Positions 45,731-58,852 of a DNA stretch of 64,000 nt are shown piece after piece. A program made the position numbers and the translations under genes. The notes below the pieces were generated by a model. The model did not search any database, was not told the origin of the DNA, and worked only from the letters and a program-made list of their open reading frames with translations. Source of the DNA: Somniosus microcephalus. Taxonomy: Eukaryota. Location: contig CM126207.1 in the NCBI GenBank assembly GCA_052327205.1, forward strand, positions 162,936,001 to 163,000,000. Direction: 5' to 3'. Positions within the stretch are counted from its first letter, which is position 1; each line of letters begins with the position of its first letter.

Positions 45731-47132
45731 CCACTGGTCTGGCCTTCAGAAACTTTGGGCTTGCATTTTCCTCCATTTTAATCATTGCTGTTATTCCTTT
45801 TAGTGTTCCTAGTCCCTCCTGGAACACTTCTTTTGCGTCAGTTAGCATTTTTGACAGTCGTCCAGGTGTGACGTCGTCATCCTTTTTGGCCTCAACCTTC
45901 AGTGCCTGTATGGATTGCCAATCTAATTGTATCTTCCAGATCCATTCACGTCCTAGCAGTGGTGGTCCTCCATTTGGCAATACATATATATCCATTTTAG
46001 GTATTTCCTGGCCTTTATATGTCATTTTCACCCTTATTTTTCCTTTGGGGTAGACTTTTTGCCCCGTATACATTTTCAAGACAATCTCTGTAGCTTTCAA
46101 GGGTATGTGTGAAAATAGCCGCTTGTAGTCTCTTTGATTTATGACTGTTAGAGCTGACCCTGTGTCCAATTCCATTTCCACTTGGACCCCGTCTATCTTG
46201 AGTGTAACCCAGATAGTCTGGTGATCCTCCATTTTGGTTACCTTATGTAGATTCAGACAACCAAGCTCCTTGCTTCCGGAGTCTGTGTCACTTTTCTGTT
46301 CGTCTGAACCACTGTCCATCACCTGGTGTACCTTTTTGTGCTTCTCCTGTGGAGATTTCTTACTGTTGGTTTTCTTCCCAGACCTGCAGACTCTTGCTAT
46401 GTGTCCTGCTTTCCCACACTGTCTGCACACTTGGTCCTTGAACCAACAATCTTTCTGGTCATGTGTTGTTCTGCCGCAGCGATAGCACTTCCCTGTTCCA
46501 TAGGACATTTCATTGGTGCCATATTCTTGCGGTCTCCGTTGTATCTCTGCGGCGCCCCTTGCGGCTGCTTCGTGTGATACTGCCATACTGAAAGCTTTGT
46601 CTAGCATAAGGTCCTTTTCTGATAGAAGCCGTTTCTGCATTCCTTCACTTTGTAGCCCACACACAAACTTGTCCCTTAACGTATCTGCTAGTCCCGCTCC
46701 AAACTGGCAGTGTTTCGATAGCTTGCGCAGTTCCATTAGGTACTCAGCATTGCTTTCGTCTTTGTGTTGGTTCCTTTTATGGAACTTAAATCGTTCTGCT
46801 ATCAGCAGTGGTGTGGGGATTAAGTGATCCTGTAGGATTTCTACTATGCTTTCAAAATTCTTGTTTACCGGCTTCTCTGGGGTTATTAGATTTCGCAGAA
46901 ACCCATAAGTTTTTGTACCCATGGAATTTAACAGAACCAGTGCTTTATTAGCATCTGGCACTTCATTCGCCCTGCAGTACACCTCAATACGTTCCACATA
47001 TGTCGCCCAATCTTCGACTTCATTGTCGAACGTAGAGATACTGCCACTCTTCGGCATCCTTGGGTGTGAGTTAACTGTCACAAATGGCGCCTCCCGCTCT
47101 TCCCCTTCTTCTCCGCTGGCACAAAATGGCAT
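45624..47132 (-). pseudogene. Gypsy gag-protease
   Basis: Two CCHC knuckles (CYRCGRTTHDQKDC, CRQCGKAGHIARVC) and aspartyl protease motif LDTGS. Confidence 0.92.
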
Positions 47133-48324
47133 CTCCCGCGCTTTGCTTCCTTTCCACGCTCGCCTTTCTTCTCCGCTGTGGTTTCTAAAAATGGCACCTC
47201 CCGCGCTCTTCCTTCTTCTCCATGGCTCAATGGCGTCTCCCCTTTCTTCACCCCGCAGACCCTGTTCAGCCCGTGAGCACTGGCTGTGCTCTGCGCGTTC
47301 TTCTTTTTATATTTTTCGACGCCGCTCAGTCTAGAACCCGGCTGTTTCTTACCCTCTCTCTCTCCGGTTTGTTTTCTTTTTCTCGACGCCGCTCGGTGTT
47401 CAACCCTGGCTGCGCCCTGTACTCTTCACCCTCTGTCTTACCCCGTCGACGCTGCTCGGCTTTCTCTCCACCATCGGTTGGCTCCAGCCGCCGCTGCTCG
47501 GGAAGGGTCTGCGCTGGACCTGTTGTCGGTCTCTTACTGCTCGTTGTGGCTGGGGAACCAAGCCTGGCTCTCCACAGCCTCCTCTGCGAAGATGGATCTC
47601 TGCCTGACTGCTGGGTGGTTGCTCATGGTCGACGCCTGTGTTCCTGGCCTCGACTATTTTTTTTTTTTATTATTTATGTTGCAGGTAGATTCGAATCGGC
47701 ACTCGTCACCACTGTTGGATCCCTGGTTCAGTGGATATGCTATTATTAAATAATCACACGGATGCTGTACATTAGCAAAAAACAGGTCTTTACTGGAGGA
47801 GGGTAGTCTCTAGACTGGGGGTACAGAGGCATGCGCAAAGCCTATATACCGGTGTGGTCACTGCCGGTACTACAGTATACAGGAGCTGTAAAAGTAGTTC
47901 TGACTTAAAGGCACATACACTACACCATGCACCATGTGAACTACAGGTGTCCTTGCAGCAGCTGGCACAGCCGTCTGCTGACTCTCTGCCTGCGTCACCA
48001 GCTCCATACATTGACTGCCAGGTTGGTGCCCCTCGGCCTGTATACATGGGGGCTGAGGTTTACCAGCTGCTATGTACAGTCTGCCCTACGCTGCAGCCTG
48101 CAGTCCCACAATGCTCCTCGGAATCTTTGCCATCTAACCATGCGTAAAGTTGAATAAACACATCAGGACTTTCCTAGGTGCTGCACTCACTTTGCCACCA
48201 GAATATTGGTGGACACCTTGATTGTACACGATAGAGTATGAGAGTAAAGAGGCAATGATACCGTTGTATGCACCGATGGTTAAGCCACAGTTAGTGCACT
48301 GTTTTGGGAACCCCATTATCTAAC

Positions 48325-48700
48325 GCGTGCTGTACCTGCCCTGGGAGTTTTTCATGGCACAGTGTAGAGGGACCTTTACTCTCTATCTAACCCATGCTGT
48401 CCCTGCCCTCCCTGCCCTGGGAGTGTTTGATGGGACAGTGTAGAGGGAGCTTTACTCTGTATCTAACCCGTGCTGTCCCTTCCCTGGGCGACTTTAATGG
48501 GACAGTGTAGAGGGAGCTTTACTCTGTATCTAACCCGTGCTGTACCTGCCCTGGGAGTGTTTGATGGGTCAGTGTAGAGGGAGCTTTGCTCTATATGGAA
48601 CCCGTGCTGTACCTGCCCTCGGAGTGTTTGATGGGTCAGTGTAGATGGAGCTTTACTCTTTTTTTAACCCTGGAATCTGCCCTGGAAGTGTTTGATGGTA
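48325..48700. repeat. Short tandem array of a ~66-bp satellite
   Basis: Repeated CCGTGCTGTACCTGCCCTGGGAGTGTTTGATGGGACAGTGTAGAGGGAGCTTTACTCTGTATCTAAC, about five to six copies. Confidence 0.9.
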
Positions 48701-48851
48701 ACACTGGAGTGCTTACAATTGGAAGTGTTCCGTTCCCTTGCAACAAGATCCCTATATCAAAGGGCACAAACAATTCATACCAGTAGAGTCAGAAGAAACA
48801 ATCAGTTTTGACATTAACTGCAAACACTCACCAAATGGAGCTCTAACTTAC

Positions 48852-49043
48852 CATTTCCACTGTGGTGGCTGAGTGTATCCCTCCTGCTCTGTTGAAAGCC
48901 CAGGGAAAGTTGAGGAGTCCTGCACCAAGGGCTGATTTTAAGAGGATGAATACTGCTCCGAAGGAGGACAGACTTGACCTCCTGATGTCCAGAGAGTTTG
49001 GCTTGGCCAGGAGATTAATACTCTCTCTAGCAAGCTCCTCCAT
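48852..49043 (-). CDS. SLC38A8: First coding exon of a sodium-coupled neutral amino acid transporter 8-like gene
   Basis: [15 protein letters not shown]...[34 protein letters not shown]. The [15 protein letters not shown] motif fits SLC38A8 rather than SLC38A7 ([15 protein letters not shown]). 64 codons end at a phase-0 donor ATG|GTAAGT (intron starts at 48851). Confidence 0.9.
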
Positions 49044-49979
49044 CTGCACTAATCACTGCAATATTCTAGAGCTTCCTAACCTTCTCAGACGATGGCTCAT
49101 CTAGCCATGAATGGCCTCTCTTCCTGCTGCCCAATTCTTACTGGGATCTGATCCACCTCTTGTCTGGTAGAAAACTCTTCAGTCTACGAATGCAAGGATT
49201 GGTGGTCCTCTGGCCAATCAACTGCCTACAGAAGTTCTCTGCCAGCAGTCCGAGCTTGTTGGAGGAGCCGCCATTACCTTGCAGCTGTAACTGTATCAAG
49301 TCTCACATCAGCAGAGACCCAGCTAAAGCAGGAGCAAGATTGGAGGTGTCACTTCACCTGCCGGGATTTCAAAAGCAATCTGCATTTCCTTGAGAAAAAT
49401 TGCTCAATTTTTCAGCTTAAAATTGGCTGAAAACTTAATAGGATTTACAGCACATCGTTAGTTCGTATTACCGACACTCAAATCTGTCACTTCCAATTCA
49501 CTTTTTCGGCCGTAGTTTTAAAGAATGAGAATTATTCCAAATCTCTTTTCTGAGGTGGTGGGCTGTGGTCCAGTTAATTCTGCAATGTGAAGAATTCGCA
49601 AAAAGCTGGTTTCGTGAATTGGGCATTGACCTGTGAAATTCCAGGGATTGGGAAACTGGGCTTTGATGGGATTTCATAGGCCCAGGCCCACTCTTTAACA
49701 GGGACATCTCCGTGGGGCACTTTGGTATCTCAGCACTTTCAATCGACGGACATGTGCCCGCTGCTCTCGTGGACTCTTGGCAAGCACTATTCATCCATCA
49801 TTCCATCAGTCTTTCAGGGGGGAGACAGGGGAAAGAGGACTGGTCATGATTACCGAGAAAGGAATTGAAATTTCACAATGAATAAATCTTCAAATTTTTG
49901 TATATAGAATGTATATATTGTTCACTGGAATTTTCACACTGATTTGAAATTAGTGTGTGGTTATAATGGACCTTTATTG

Positions 49980-50645
49980 ATTTACTTCCACCTCCATAAC
50001 ATCACTTGTCTCTGCCCCTGCCTCAGCTCATCTGCTACTGAAACCCTCATTGATGCCTTTGTTGGCTCCATACTCGACACTTCCAATGTTCTCCTGGCTG
50101 CCCTCCCACCTTCCATCCTACGTAAACTTGAGTTCATCCAAAACTTTGTTGCCCTATCCTAACTCGTACCAAGTCCTGTTTACCATCACCCCCTGTGCTT
50201 GCTGACCTACATTGGCTCCCGATCCAGCAACATATCAATTTGAAGATTCTCGTCGTGGTTTTCAAAGCCTTCCAAGGCATCTCTTGCCCTATCTCAGTAA
50301 CATCCTTCAGTCCTACAAACCTCCGAGATCTCTGCACTCCTCCAATTCTGGTCTCTTGCGCATCCCAAATTATAATCACTCTATCATTTGCTGCGGTGCC
50401 TTCAGCTGCCAAGGTCCCAAGCTCTGGAATTCCCTCCCTAAACCTCTCTGCCTCTCCAGCTCTCTTTCCTCATTTAAGACGCACCTTAAAACCTAACTCT
50501 TTGACCATGCTTTTGGCTACCTGTCTTAATATCTCCTTATCTGACTTGGTGTCAAATTTTGTCTGATTACGCTCCTGTGAAGTGCATTGGAATATTTTAC
50601 TATGTGAAAGGTGCTATATAAATGCAAGCACTTGTTGTTGTTGTT
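49980..50645 (+). mobile_element. L2-clade LINE 3' fragment
   Basis: SSSATETLIDAFV and LADLHWLP motifs; tail ctatataaatgcaag followed by (GTT)n. Confidence 0.85.
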
Positions 50646-52050
50646 AATCTCTACACTCAATTTGTGAGATGTTGGCAGGTGTTCCTAACCTGCTCATGCT
50701 AGCCCTTGATTTTTCATCCAGGTGATATCTTGAGACTCAGCATATATATACAACAGCACAACATGGCTTCCAGTAAGAACTGTACTGCATATGGCTTTAT
50801 TATTATATACATCAGTAGTCCACCAGTTGGCTCTATTATACCTCTCCCTCCTTATTGAAGAAGTTAATCATAGCAAATAATCATTGTACATGACTTGCAT
50901 GGTATACACAACTCTTGGTATACATTTCTCAAATGGAACTCATTTTATGTTTCCAAATTCTACTATAGAATTCTGTAACACAAACAAAAGATATGAACTT
51001 ATTTTCCATATTTACAGATTAAACTTAACCACTGGTTTTCTGTTTCAAAGAGGATACCTTCTTTCTTGAACAGAACTTTCAGTTATTGTTGTAAAACGTT
51101 GACGCATTCTAGGCTGAGCCTGCGGAGGGTTTTTCTCCAAGGGCTGGCGTTGATCGACATTTGGAAACTCTATACTTTCAGACTGTTTGTCTGTCTGACT
51201 TGGGTTCAGATTTAAATTCTGACTTTGTCTTGGATTTGTTTCTGGTACATCTGAATTTGGATTTGCTACAGGTACTCTACTTATAACAATACTATCTGAC
51301 TCATCAGAATAAATTGAATCATCCCAGCTTTCAACTCCTTCCACATCTTTAGGTAAGATCTGATTAATGTGAACAAACCTAACCTTTCCATGATCAAACA
51401 TCTTGACCAAATATCTGCAAGGGCCACATATCTTCACTACTCTTCCTGGTAACCACTTTAACCATTTATTCGAAGTTCAGAAACATTCTTGGGAGTGGGT
51501 GCATTTCTGATTGCACCCAGCTTCCCCTTGGTTGGATGTAAACCATCTTTGTGTACTCTGTGCCCTAAGTACTCGCAGAGTTTTGAAACAACTCACACTT
51601 GTGAGCTGTCACTCATGCTCTGTGCTTCTCCAACTGTTTGAGCACTTCATTCAACACCTCATCATGGATTTGCCTGTTTGGTGCTGAAATGAGCATGTCA
51701 TCCAAATAATATACTACAGTACCCCTTCAATCCCTTGCAAAATTTGGTTCATCACCCCCCTGGAATACGTCAGGGGAAGAAGACACTCCAAATGGTAGCC
51801 TATTGAACTGATATAGGCCTCGATGAGTATTTATAGTCAAGCATGACTTGGACTCTTCAACTAACTCAACTTGTAGGTAGGCATTTGTTAGATCTAACTT
51901 CGAAAAGATCTGGCCACCTATCAGTGTTGTGAACAAATCTTCCACATTTGGCAATGTATCAGGTAGATAACACTCTAGAACCTAGCTAATGGTTACCTTA
52001 TAATCACCACACAACCTTACCTTACCATCTGACTTAGGTACAACAACAAT

Positions 52051-54230
52051 AAATTATTAAGGAACATAAAACAAAACAGTAAAATATTTTATAGGCACAT
52101 CAATAAAAAAAGGAAGGTTGGAATGGGAATAGGGCCATTCAGGGATGGACAGGACAATACCACAGGTAACGATAGCGAGATGGCAGAAATATTAAATAAG
52201 TATTTTGCTTCAGTATTTAGCAGGGAGATAGAACAGGTGGACATGGCATTGGATGAAGAGATCAGTTATGAGAAAAGTGCATTTAAAATTAAAAAAGGGG
52301 ATATATTAAATAAACTAATCAAACTCAAAGAGTATAAAACCCTTGGTCCGGATGGATTGCATCCACACATTTTAAAAGAATCTACGGAAGAGATAGCAGA
52401 GTCATTACTACACATATCTAATAATTCATTAGAAAAAGGTGCAGTGCCAGAGGACTGGTGGATAGCTAATGTAATATCTATATTTAAGAAGGGGGATAGA
52501 ACATGTCCAGGAATTATAGACCAGTCAGCTTAACATCAGTGATAGGAAAAATAACGGAATAAAGGAGAGAATAGAAGAATATCTAGAAACAAAAAGTATA
52601 ATAATGAATAGTCAGCATGGATTTCAAAAGGGAAAGTCTTGCTTGACCAACCTTATTGAATTTTCTGAAGAGGTAACAGAGAGAGTAGACAATGGTAATG
52701 CAGTAGATGTAATTTATCTAGATTTTCAAAAGGCCTTCGATAAGGTACTCCATAACAGACTAATGAATAACATCAGAGAATGCAGAGTCAGGGGACAAGT
52801 AGCAGAATGGATTGCTAGCTGGCTTCAAGGCAGAAAGCAGAGAGTGGGAGTAAAGGGTAGCTATTCACAGTGGCAGAAGGTGGGTAGTGGTGTTCCACAG
52901 GATCAGTGCTGGGGCCACCGCTGTTCACAATTTATATTAACGATTTAGACTTTGGAATCAAAAATACATTTTCTAAATTTGCGGATGATACCAAATTGGG
53001 GGGATAGTCAATACTGAGGAGGACTGCAACAAATTACAGGAGGACATTAATAAATCTGCAGAATCAGCAAATAAGTGGCAAATGTGAGGTATTACATTTT
53101 GGTAGGAAGAATAGGGAGGTCACTTATTGCTTGGAGGGTGCGAGTCTAGGTGGGGTAGAGGGACAAAGGGATCTCGGAGCACAAATACACAAATCACTAA
53201 ATGTTGCGCCATAGGTTAGCAAGGCTATTAAAAATGCAAACCAAGCATTGAGTTTATTTCTAGAGGGATAGAATTGAAAAGTAGGGAAGTTATGCTAAAC
53301 TTGTATTGAACCTTGTTTAGACCACACTTAGAGTATTGCATACAGTTCTGGTTGCCTTATTATAAAAAGGATATAGAGGCACCGGAGAGGGTGCAGAGAT
53401 GATTTACAAAGATCACAGATCACAGAAACCCCACAGTGCAGATAGAGGCCATTTCAGCCCATCGAGCCTGCACCGACACATATCCCACCCGATCCCTGTA
53501 ACCCCTACACCAACACATATCCCACCCTATCCCCACGTATTTAATCCCCCTAACACTAAGGGTCAATTTATCATAGCCAATCAACCTAACCCGCACATCT
53601 TTGGACTGTGGGAGGAAACCGGAGCACCCAGAGAAAACCCAAGCAAACACAGGGAGAATGTGCAAACTCCACACAGACAGTCACCCGAGGCCGGATTCGA
53701 ACCCGGGTCCCTGGCGCTGTGAGGCAACAGTGCTAACTACTATGCCATCATGCTGCCTGATGATATGAGAAATGCAAGGGTATACATATCAGGAAAGGAA
53801 GAACAGACTGTGTCTCTTTTCTCTTGAAAAAGGAAGGCTGAGGGGTGACCTAATAGAGGTCTTTAAAATTACGAAAGGTTTTGATAGTTTGGCTAGAGAG
53901 AATATTTCCACTTGTGGGGAGGAGCATAAATGGAGGCCATCAATATAAGGTAATCACCAAGAAATCCAATAGGGAATTCAGAAGAAACTTCTTTACCCAA
54001 AGAGTGATGAGAATGTGGAACTTGCTACCACAGGGAGTGGTTGAAGTGAATATTATAGATGCATTTAAAGGGAGGCTGGACTCCCTTGTGGAAATATGTG
54101 GGAAAAGGGAATAGAGGTTTACGCTGATAGAGTTAGATGAGGAAAGACAGGAGGAGGCTCGTGTGGATGATAAACGCCGACATGGACTGGTTGGGCCGAA
54201 TGGCCTGTTTCTGTGCCGTGTATCGTATGT
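52051..54230 (+). mobile_element. 5'-truncated CR1 LINE nested in Gypsy pol
   Basis: EMAEILNKYFASVF, GPDGLHP, QHGFQKGKSCLTNLIEF, YLDFQKAFDKV, FRRNFFTQRV motifs; flanked by AACAAT direct repeats. Confidence 0.92.
53410..53757 (-). mobile_element. HE1/V-SINE nested in CR1
   Basis: Minus strand shows a tRNA-like head (GGGTTCGAATCC B box), a V-domain (GGGTGCTCCGGTTTCCTCCCACAGTCCAAAGATGTG) and a CR1-like tail. Confidence 0.88.
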
Positions 54231-54693
54231 AACAATGGGTGTAGCTCAATTACTGAGATCGACCTTAGAGATAATGTTCTCAGTTGCTAGTCTTTTGAGT
54301 TCTTGCTCAACTTTCTCCTTGAATGCGTATGGTATGGAACGTGGCTTGCAGTAAACTGGTCTTCGTCCTTCTGCGCTCTGACACTCGCCCTGAAGCCTTG
54401 GATCGGACGCCCGTTTCACTGAACACCTTCGGATACGGTTTGATGACATCATCTTTCGATGCAAATTTCTCTTCCACACGAACAATCTCATTCCAACCCA
54501 GCTTCAGTGGCCCCAACCAATTTCTACCTATCAAGGCAGGCTTGTCTCCTGCCATTACTGTGAGAGGCAAGCTCTGACACTGATCCTTGTATTTCGCTGG
54601 TATGGTGACACTTTCTACAACAGGGATTTGGTCTCCTGAGTAGCCTCGCAGCTCGACCTTTGATTTCTCTAGTCGATAATCACACAACTTGTT

Positions 54694-55048
54694 CAGAAAT
54701 CACAGAAATCACAGAAACCACACAGTGCAGATAGAGGCCATTTCGGCCCATCGAGCCTGCACCGACACATATCCCATCCAATCCCCGTAACCCCTACACC
54801 AACACATATCCCACCCTATCCCCGTAACCCCACGTATTTAATCCCCCTAACACTAAGGGTCAATTTATCATGGCCAATCAACCTAACCCACACATCTTTG
54901 GACTGTGGGAGGAAACCGGAGCACCCGGAGTAAACCCACGCAAACACGGGGAGAATGTGCAAACTCCACACAGACAGTCGCCCGAGGCTGGATTCGAACC
55001 CGGGTCCCTGGCGCTGTGAGGCCAGTGCTAACCACTATGCCACCATGC
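54694..55048 (-). mobile_element. HE1/V-SINE nested in Gypsy
   Basis: Closely similar to 53410-53757. Confidence 0.88.
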
Positions 55049-55734
55049 AATATAGGATTCCAGTACTACGCTCACCGATGCACCAGTGTCGATTTTCATG
55101 GGTCTTCTTCCTCTTCTCTTCTGCTGCTCCCTGCGACATATTCTTGGATGACGATACCTCGCGAATCCTTGTTAGATACCTTCATGCTCCTAATGACATA
55201 AATCTCCAGAAACTCCTCATCCTGCTGCCTCTCTTCAACGGTATGTAGTGTTCGGCGATTTCTACTTCTAGCATTGCTGGTTGGATTACACTTCTGTCGG
55301 CACACCTTTTCAAGATGCCCAGTTTTCTTGCAGTAGAAATACTCTGCCTTCACATATGGACAGTTTTGAGCGATGTGTTGGCCCAGGCATGGAAAGCAAG
55401 ACTTCAATGCACTGTTACCTTTGCCAGTTGCTGCGGCCTTGGGGCCAAACTGCCTTTTACTTTTAGCCTGCAGTCGATTCACCTCGGCTGTCTGATGACT
55501 GGAAATGGTGCCGAACTCTCAGGAGTATCGGTCTGCCATACCCATCGACAGCTGTCTGACAAGCTAAGTCAAAAGTCAAGTTAGGAGTTGGCAGCAATTT
55601 ACTTCTGATACTTTCATTTTTCAACCCACAAACAAAGCGGTCACGCAAAGCTCGGTCCTGAAAAGTTTCCGAAATGACAGTGAATGGATAGCTTTATTAA
55701 AACTACAATGTATTCATTGATACCCTCATCATTT

Positions 55735-56508
55735 AGAAACATAGAAACATAGAAGATAGGAGCAGGAGTAGGCCATTCGGCTCCTCGAGCCTGCTCCGCC
55801 ATTCAGTGAGATCATGGCTGATCATCCAAATTCAGTACCCTGTTCCTGCCTTCTCTTCATATCCCTTGATCCCTTTAGCCTTAAGAAATATATCCAACTC
55901 CTTCTTGAATATATTTAATGAATTGGCCTCTACTGCCTTCTTGGGCAGAGAATTCCACAGTTTCACCACTCTCTGGGTGAAGAAATTCCTCCTCATCTCT
56001 GTCCTAAATTGCTTACCCCTTATCCTTAGACTGTGACCCCTGGTTCTGGACTCCCCGACCATCAGGAACATCCTTCCAGCATCTAGTCTGTCTAGTCCTG
56101 TTAGAATTTTATAAGTTTCGATGAAATCCCCTCTCCTTCTTCTAAACTCGAGCGAGTACAAGCCCAATCAACCCAATCTCTCCTCATACGTCATTCCTGC
56201 CATCCCAGGTATCAGCCTGGTGAATCTTCACTGCACTCCTTCCATGGCAAGAACATCCTTCCTCAGATAAGGTGACCAAAACTGCACACAATACTCAAGA
56301 TGGGGCCTCACCAAGGCTCTGTACAACTGCAGCAAGACATCCTTGTTCCTGTACTCAAACCCTCTCGCTACGAAGGCCAACATACCATTTGCCTTCTTAA
56401 CCACCTGCTGCACCTGCATGCTTACTTTCAGCGACTGGTGCAAAAGGACACCCAGGTCTCGTTGCACTTCCCCTTCTCCCAATCTATTGCCATTTAGATA
56501 ATAATCTG
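55735..56508 (-). mobile_element. CR1 LINE 3' fragment nested in Gypsy gag
   Basis: LVRPHLEYCVQFWSP, LYSLEFRR and RNFFTQRVV motifs; (AGAAACAT)n tail. Confidence 0.92.
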
Positions 56509-57169
56509 ATTTAATTGATCAAGTGTTCCAAAACGGTAACTTTCAGCAATTTCCAGGGGCTCAGGACTGTAGTGCTGTTCTAACTTGGTTAGGATCTCCT
56601 ACAGTGGTGTGTCCTTTGGCTTGGCAGGAACAAGCACATTTTTCAGGGTTTCATACAACCCGGGGCCTGCTTCAGTCAAAAAAATAGCCTGTTTCATTTC
56701 TAAAATCGCCCGGTTACGATTTACATCATCAGGGACTTCGACAATACTATTTGCGGTGAAAAACATTTCAAGCTGCTCCACATACACTCAGAAAGTCTCT
56801 CGGTCGTGATGGAACTCACCCAAGAACCCTATTATTCCCATAGGCGTGGCCATCTGGACTCTGGCAACGTCAACAGTTCAGCCACGTGTGCTCAAAATTT
56901 ACCTCGGATTTTTAAGTTTTTCTGCAAAACGAAGAACCTCTAACAGTCCCTCTGTCGATTGGCAGGATTATCCTCGAACAAAAATTTCAGCTCGGGAATC
57001 CGCAATCTCATCCTTATCGCCAATTCTATAATATCTTGAGACACAGCATATATATACAACTGCACAACATGGCTTCCGGTAAAAACTGTACTGCACGTGG
57101 CTTTATTATTATATACATCAGTAGTCCACCAGGTGGCTCTATTACAAGCCATAACAATTCTGAAGTTGT

Positions 57170-58110
57170 TTTTCATTAATTCTTGGGATGTAGGTTTTGC
57201 TGCCAAGGCCAGCATTTATTGCCCATCCCTAGTCCATCCCTTAAAAGGTAATATTGGGCCTTTTTTGTATTGGTTTGATACAACTGAGTGTCTTCTATAA
57301 CACTGGGAGATGGAGATACAGTTGGATGGGAGCTGATTCTCTAAGTACAGGCTATCAGCAAGGAACCCTGGGTGTACTCAGGAAACCAGCGCCAATTCTG
57401 TTTTAGTTGTCCTGGGCTCGGACTTTACCACAACGGGGGCGTGGGGTCACACCATTTGTTTTTTCATTCTCGGGATGTGGGTGTCACTGGCAAGTTGCCC
57501 AGAGAAGGTGATAAGTTTATTTCTCGCAGTTTGACACAACTGAGTGTCTTGTTAGACCACTCCAGAGGGCAGCTCAGAGCCAGCCATTTTGGTGTGGGAC
57601 TGAAGTCATATGTAGGCCGGACTGGGTAAGGATGGCAGGTTTCCTTCCCTGAAGGACATTAGAGAAACAGTTGTGTATTTACGACAATCCGACAGTTTCA
57701 TGCTCACTTTTACTGAGACCAGATTTTTATTTCCAGATTTCTTTTAAAAACTGAATTCAAGTTCTCAAACTGTCATGGTGGGATTTGAACTCACGTTCTC
57801 TGAGTTATTAATCTAGGACTTTGGATTTGTAGTCCAGTAACCATTACTCTCCTGTACCCTAGCACCGTATAAAATCAGTGTGTCAGGTTGTGAAGTTGAA
57901 TTAAATAAATCTTGTAATTTATGGGCTGGCACCAGACAAAGTGACCATGAAGTTGTCGAATTGTTGTATAAAAACTGCTGAATCATTAACGTACTTCAGG
58001 CAAGGAAACCAGCCGCCTTTACCTGGTCTGAGCCTACATGTTACTCCAGTCCCACATTACATGGTTGACTCAATGCCCTCAGGGCAATGAAAATGGGCAA
58101 TAACTGTTGC
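57170..58110. mobile_element. Cluster of degenerate SINE/LINE-tail fragments in both orientations
   Basis: 57460-57850 has a minus-strand tRNA-like head (GGGATTTGAACTC). Its core (ggaaacc..cttacc..gcctacat..ccagtcccaca) recurs on the plus strand at ~58000-58060. Confidence 0.55.
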
Positions 58111-58145
58111 ATCTGCCTTCTCAGGTGGACTTAAAAGATCCCACA

Positions 58146-58620
58146 TGTGTCAGCCATGGCTCAGTTGGTAGCACACTTGCTTCTGAGTCAGAAGGTTGTG
58201 GGTTCAAATTCCACTGCAGAAACTTGAGCATATAAATCTAGGCTGACACTCCAGTGCAGTGCTGCGGGAGTGATGCACTGTCGGAGGTGCCGTCTTTTGG
58301 ATGAGATGTTAAAACGATGCCTCGTCTGCTCTCTCAGGTAGACTTAAAAGATCCCATGCCACTATTTTGAATAAGAGTAGGGGGGTTATCCCCCGTGTCT
58401 TGGCCAATATTTCTCCCTCAACCAACATAACAAAAAAAACAGATTATCTGGTCATTATCACATTGCTGTTTGTGGGATCTTGCTGTGCACAAATTGGCTG
58501 CTGTGTTTCCCACTTCACAACAGTGACTGCACTTCAAAAGTACTTCATTGGCTGTAAAGTGCTTTGAGACATCTGGTGGTCATAAAAGACACTATATAAA
58601 TGCAAGTCTTTCTTTCTTTC
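58146..58620 (+). mobile_element. Deu-domain tRNA SINE (SacSINE1-like) inserted into an older copy of the same family
   Basis: A and B boxes (TGGCTCAGTTGG, GGTTCAAATTC), Deu-like core and L2-like tail ending (CTTT)n. The host copy runs ~58110-58145 and resumes at 58621-58780. Confidence 0.82.
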
Positions 58621-58852
58621 ACTATTTGAAGAAGAGCAGGGGAGTTCTCCCCGGTCCTCACCAACATTTATCCCTCAACCATCATCAATAAAAGAGATTA
58701 TCTTGCTGCACGCAATTTGACTGTCACGTTTCCCTATGTTACAACAGTGACTACACTTCAAAAGTACTTCATTGGCTGTGGGGCAGTACCCCAGTAAGAA
58801 TCAGGGAAGGCCGAGGGAGGAGTGAATTGGGACGCAGGCTCTTTACATTTTT

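Larger units (their letters stand above)
42833..47924 (-). mobile_element. Full-length, decayed Ty3/Gypsy LTR retrotransposon
   Basis: 212-bp LTRs at 42833-43044 and 47713-47924; PBS TGGTGACGAG; PPT AAAAGGGGAGGAAT; flanks CTGTG/CCATG consistent with a CpG-decayed CCGTG TSD; domain order gag-PR-RT-RNaseH-IN. Confidence 0.96.
50721..57146 (-). mobile_element. Older Gypsy LTR retrotransposon with an internal deletion and four nested insertions
   Basis: 120-bp LTRs at 50721-50840 and 57027-57146; PBS TGGCGATAAGGATGAGAT (tRNA-Ser-like); PPT next to the left LTR; TSD-like ATCCA/AGCCA; gag (RDRFVCGL, CCHC remnants), RT (KLDLTNAYLQ..RLPFGVSS) and integrase C-terminal fragments. Confidence 0.9.

Noticed and set aside
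42600-48320. Sequence flanking the Gypsy (42600-42832 and 47925-48320) as a host exon or Harbinger Myb-like gene remnant
   Set aside because: No convincing ORF or motif by eye; it cannot be assigned without a database search.
53680-58215. tRNA genes at the A/B-box sequences (~53690-53755, ~54985-55048, ~58150-58215)
   Set aside because: They are tRNA-derived SINE heads continuous with SINE bodies, not complete cloverleafs.
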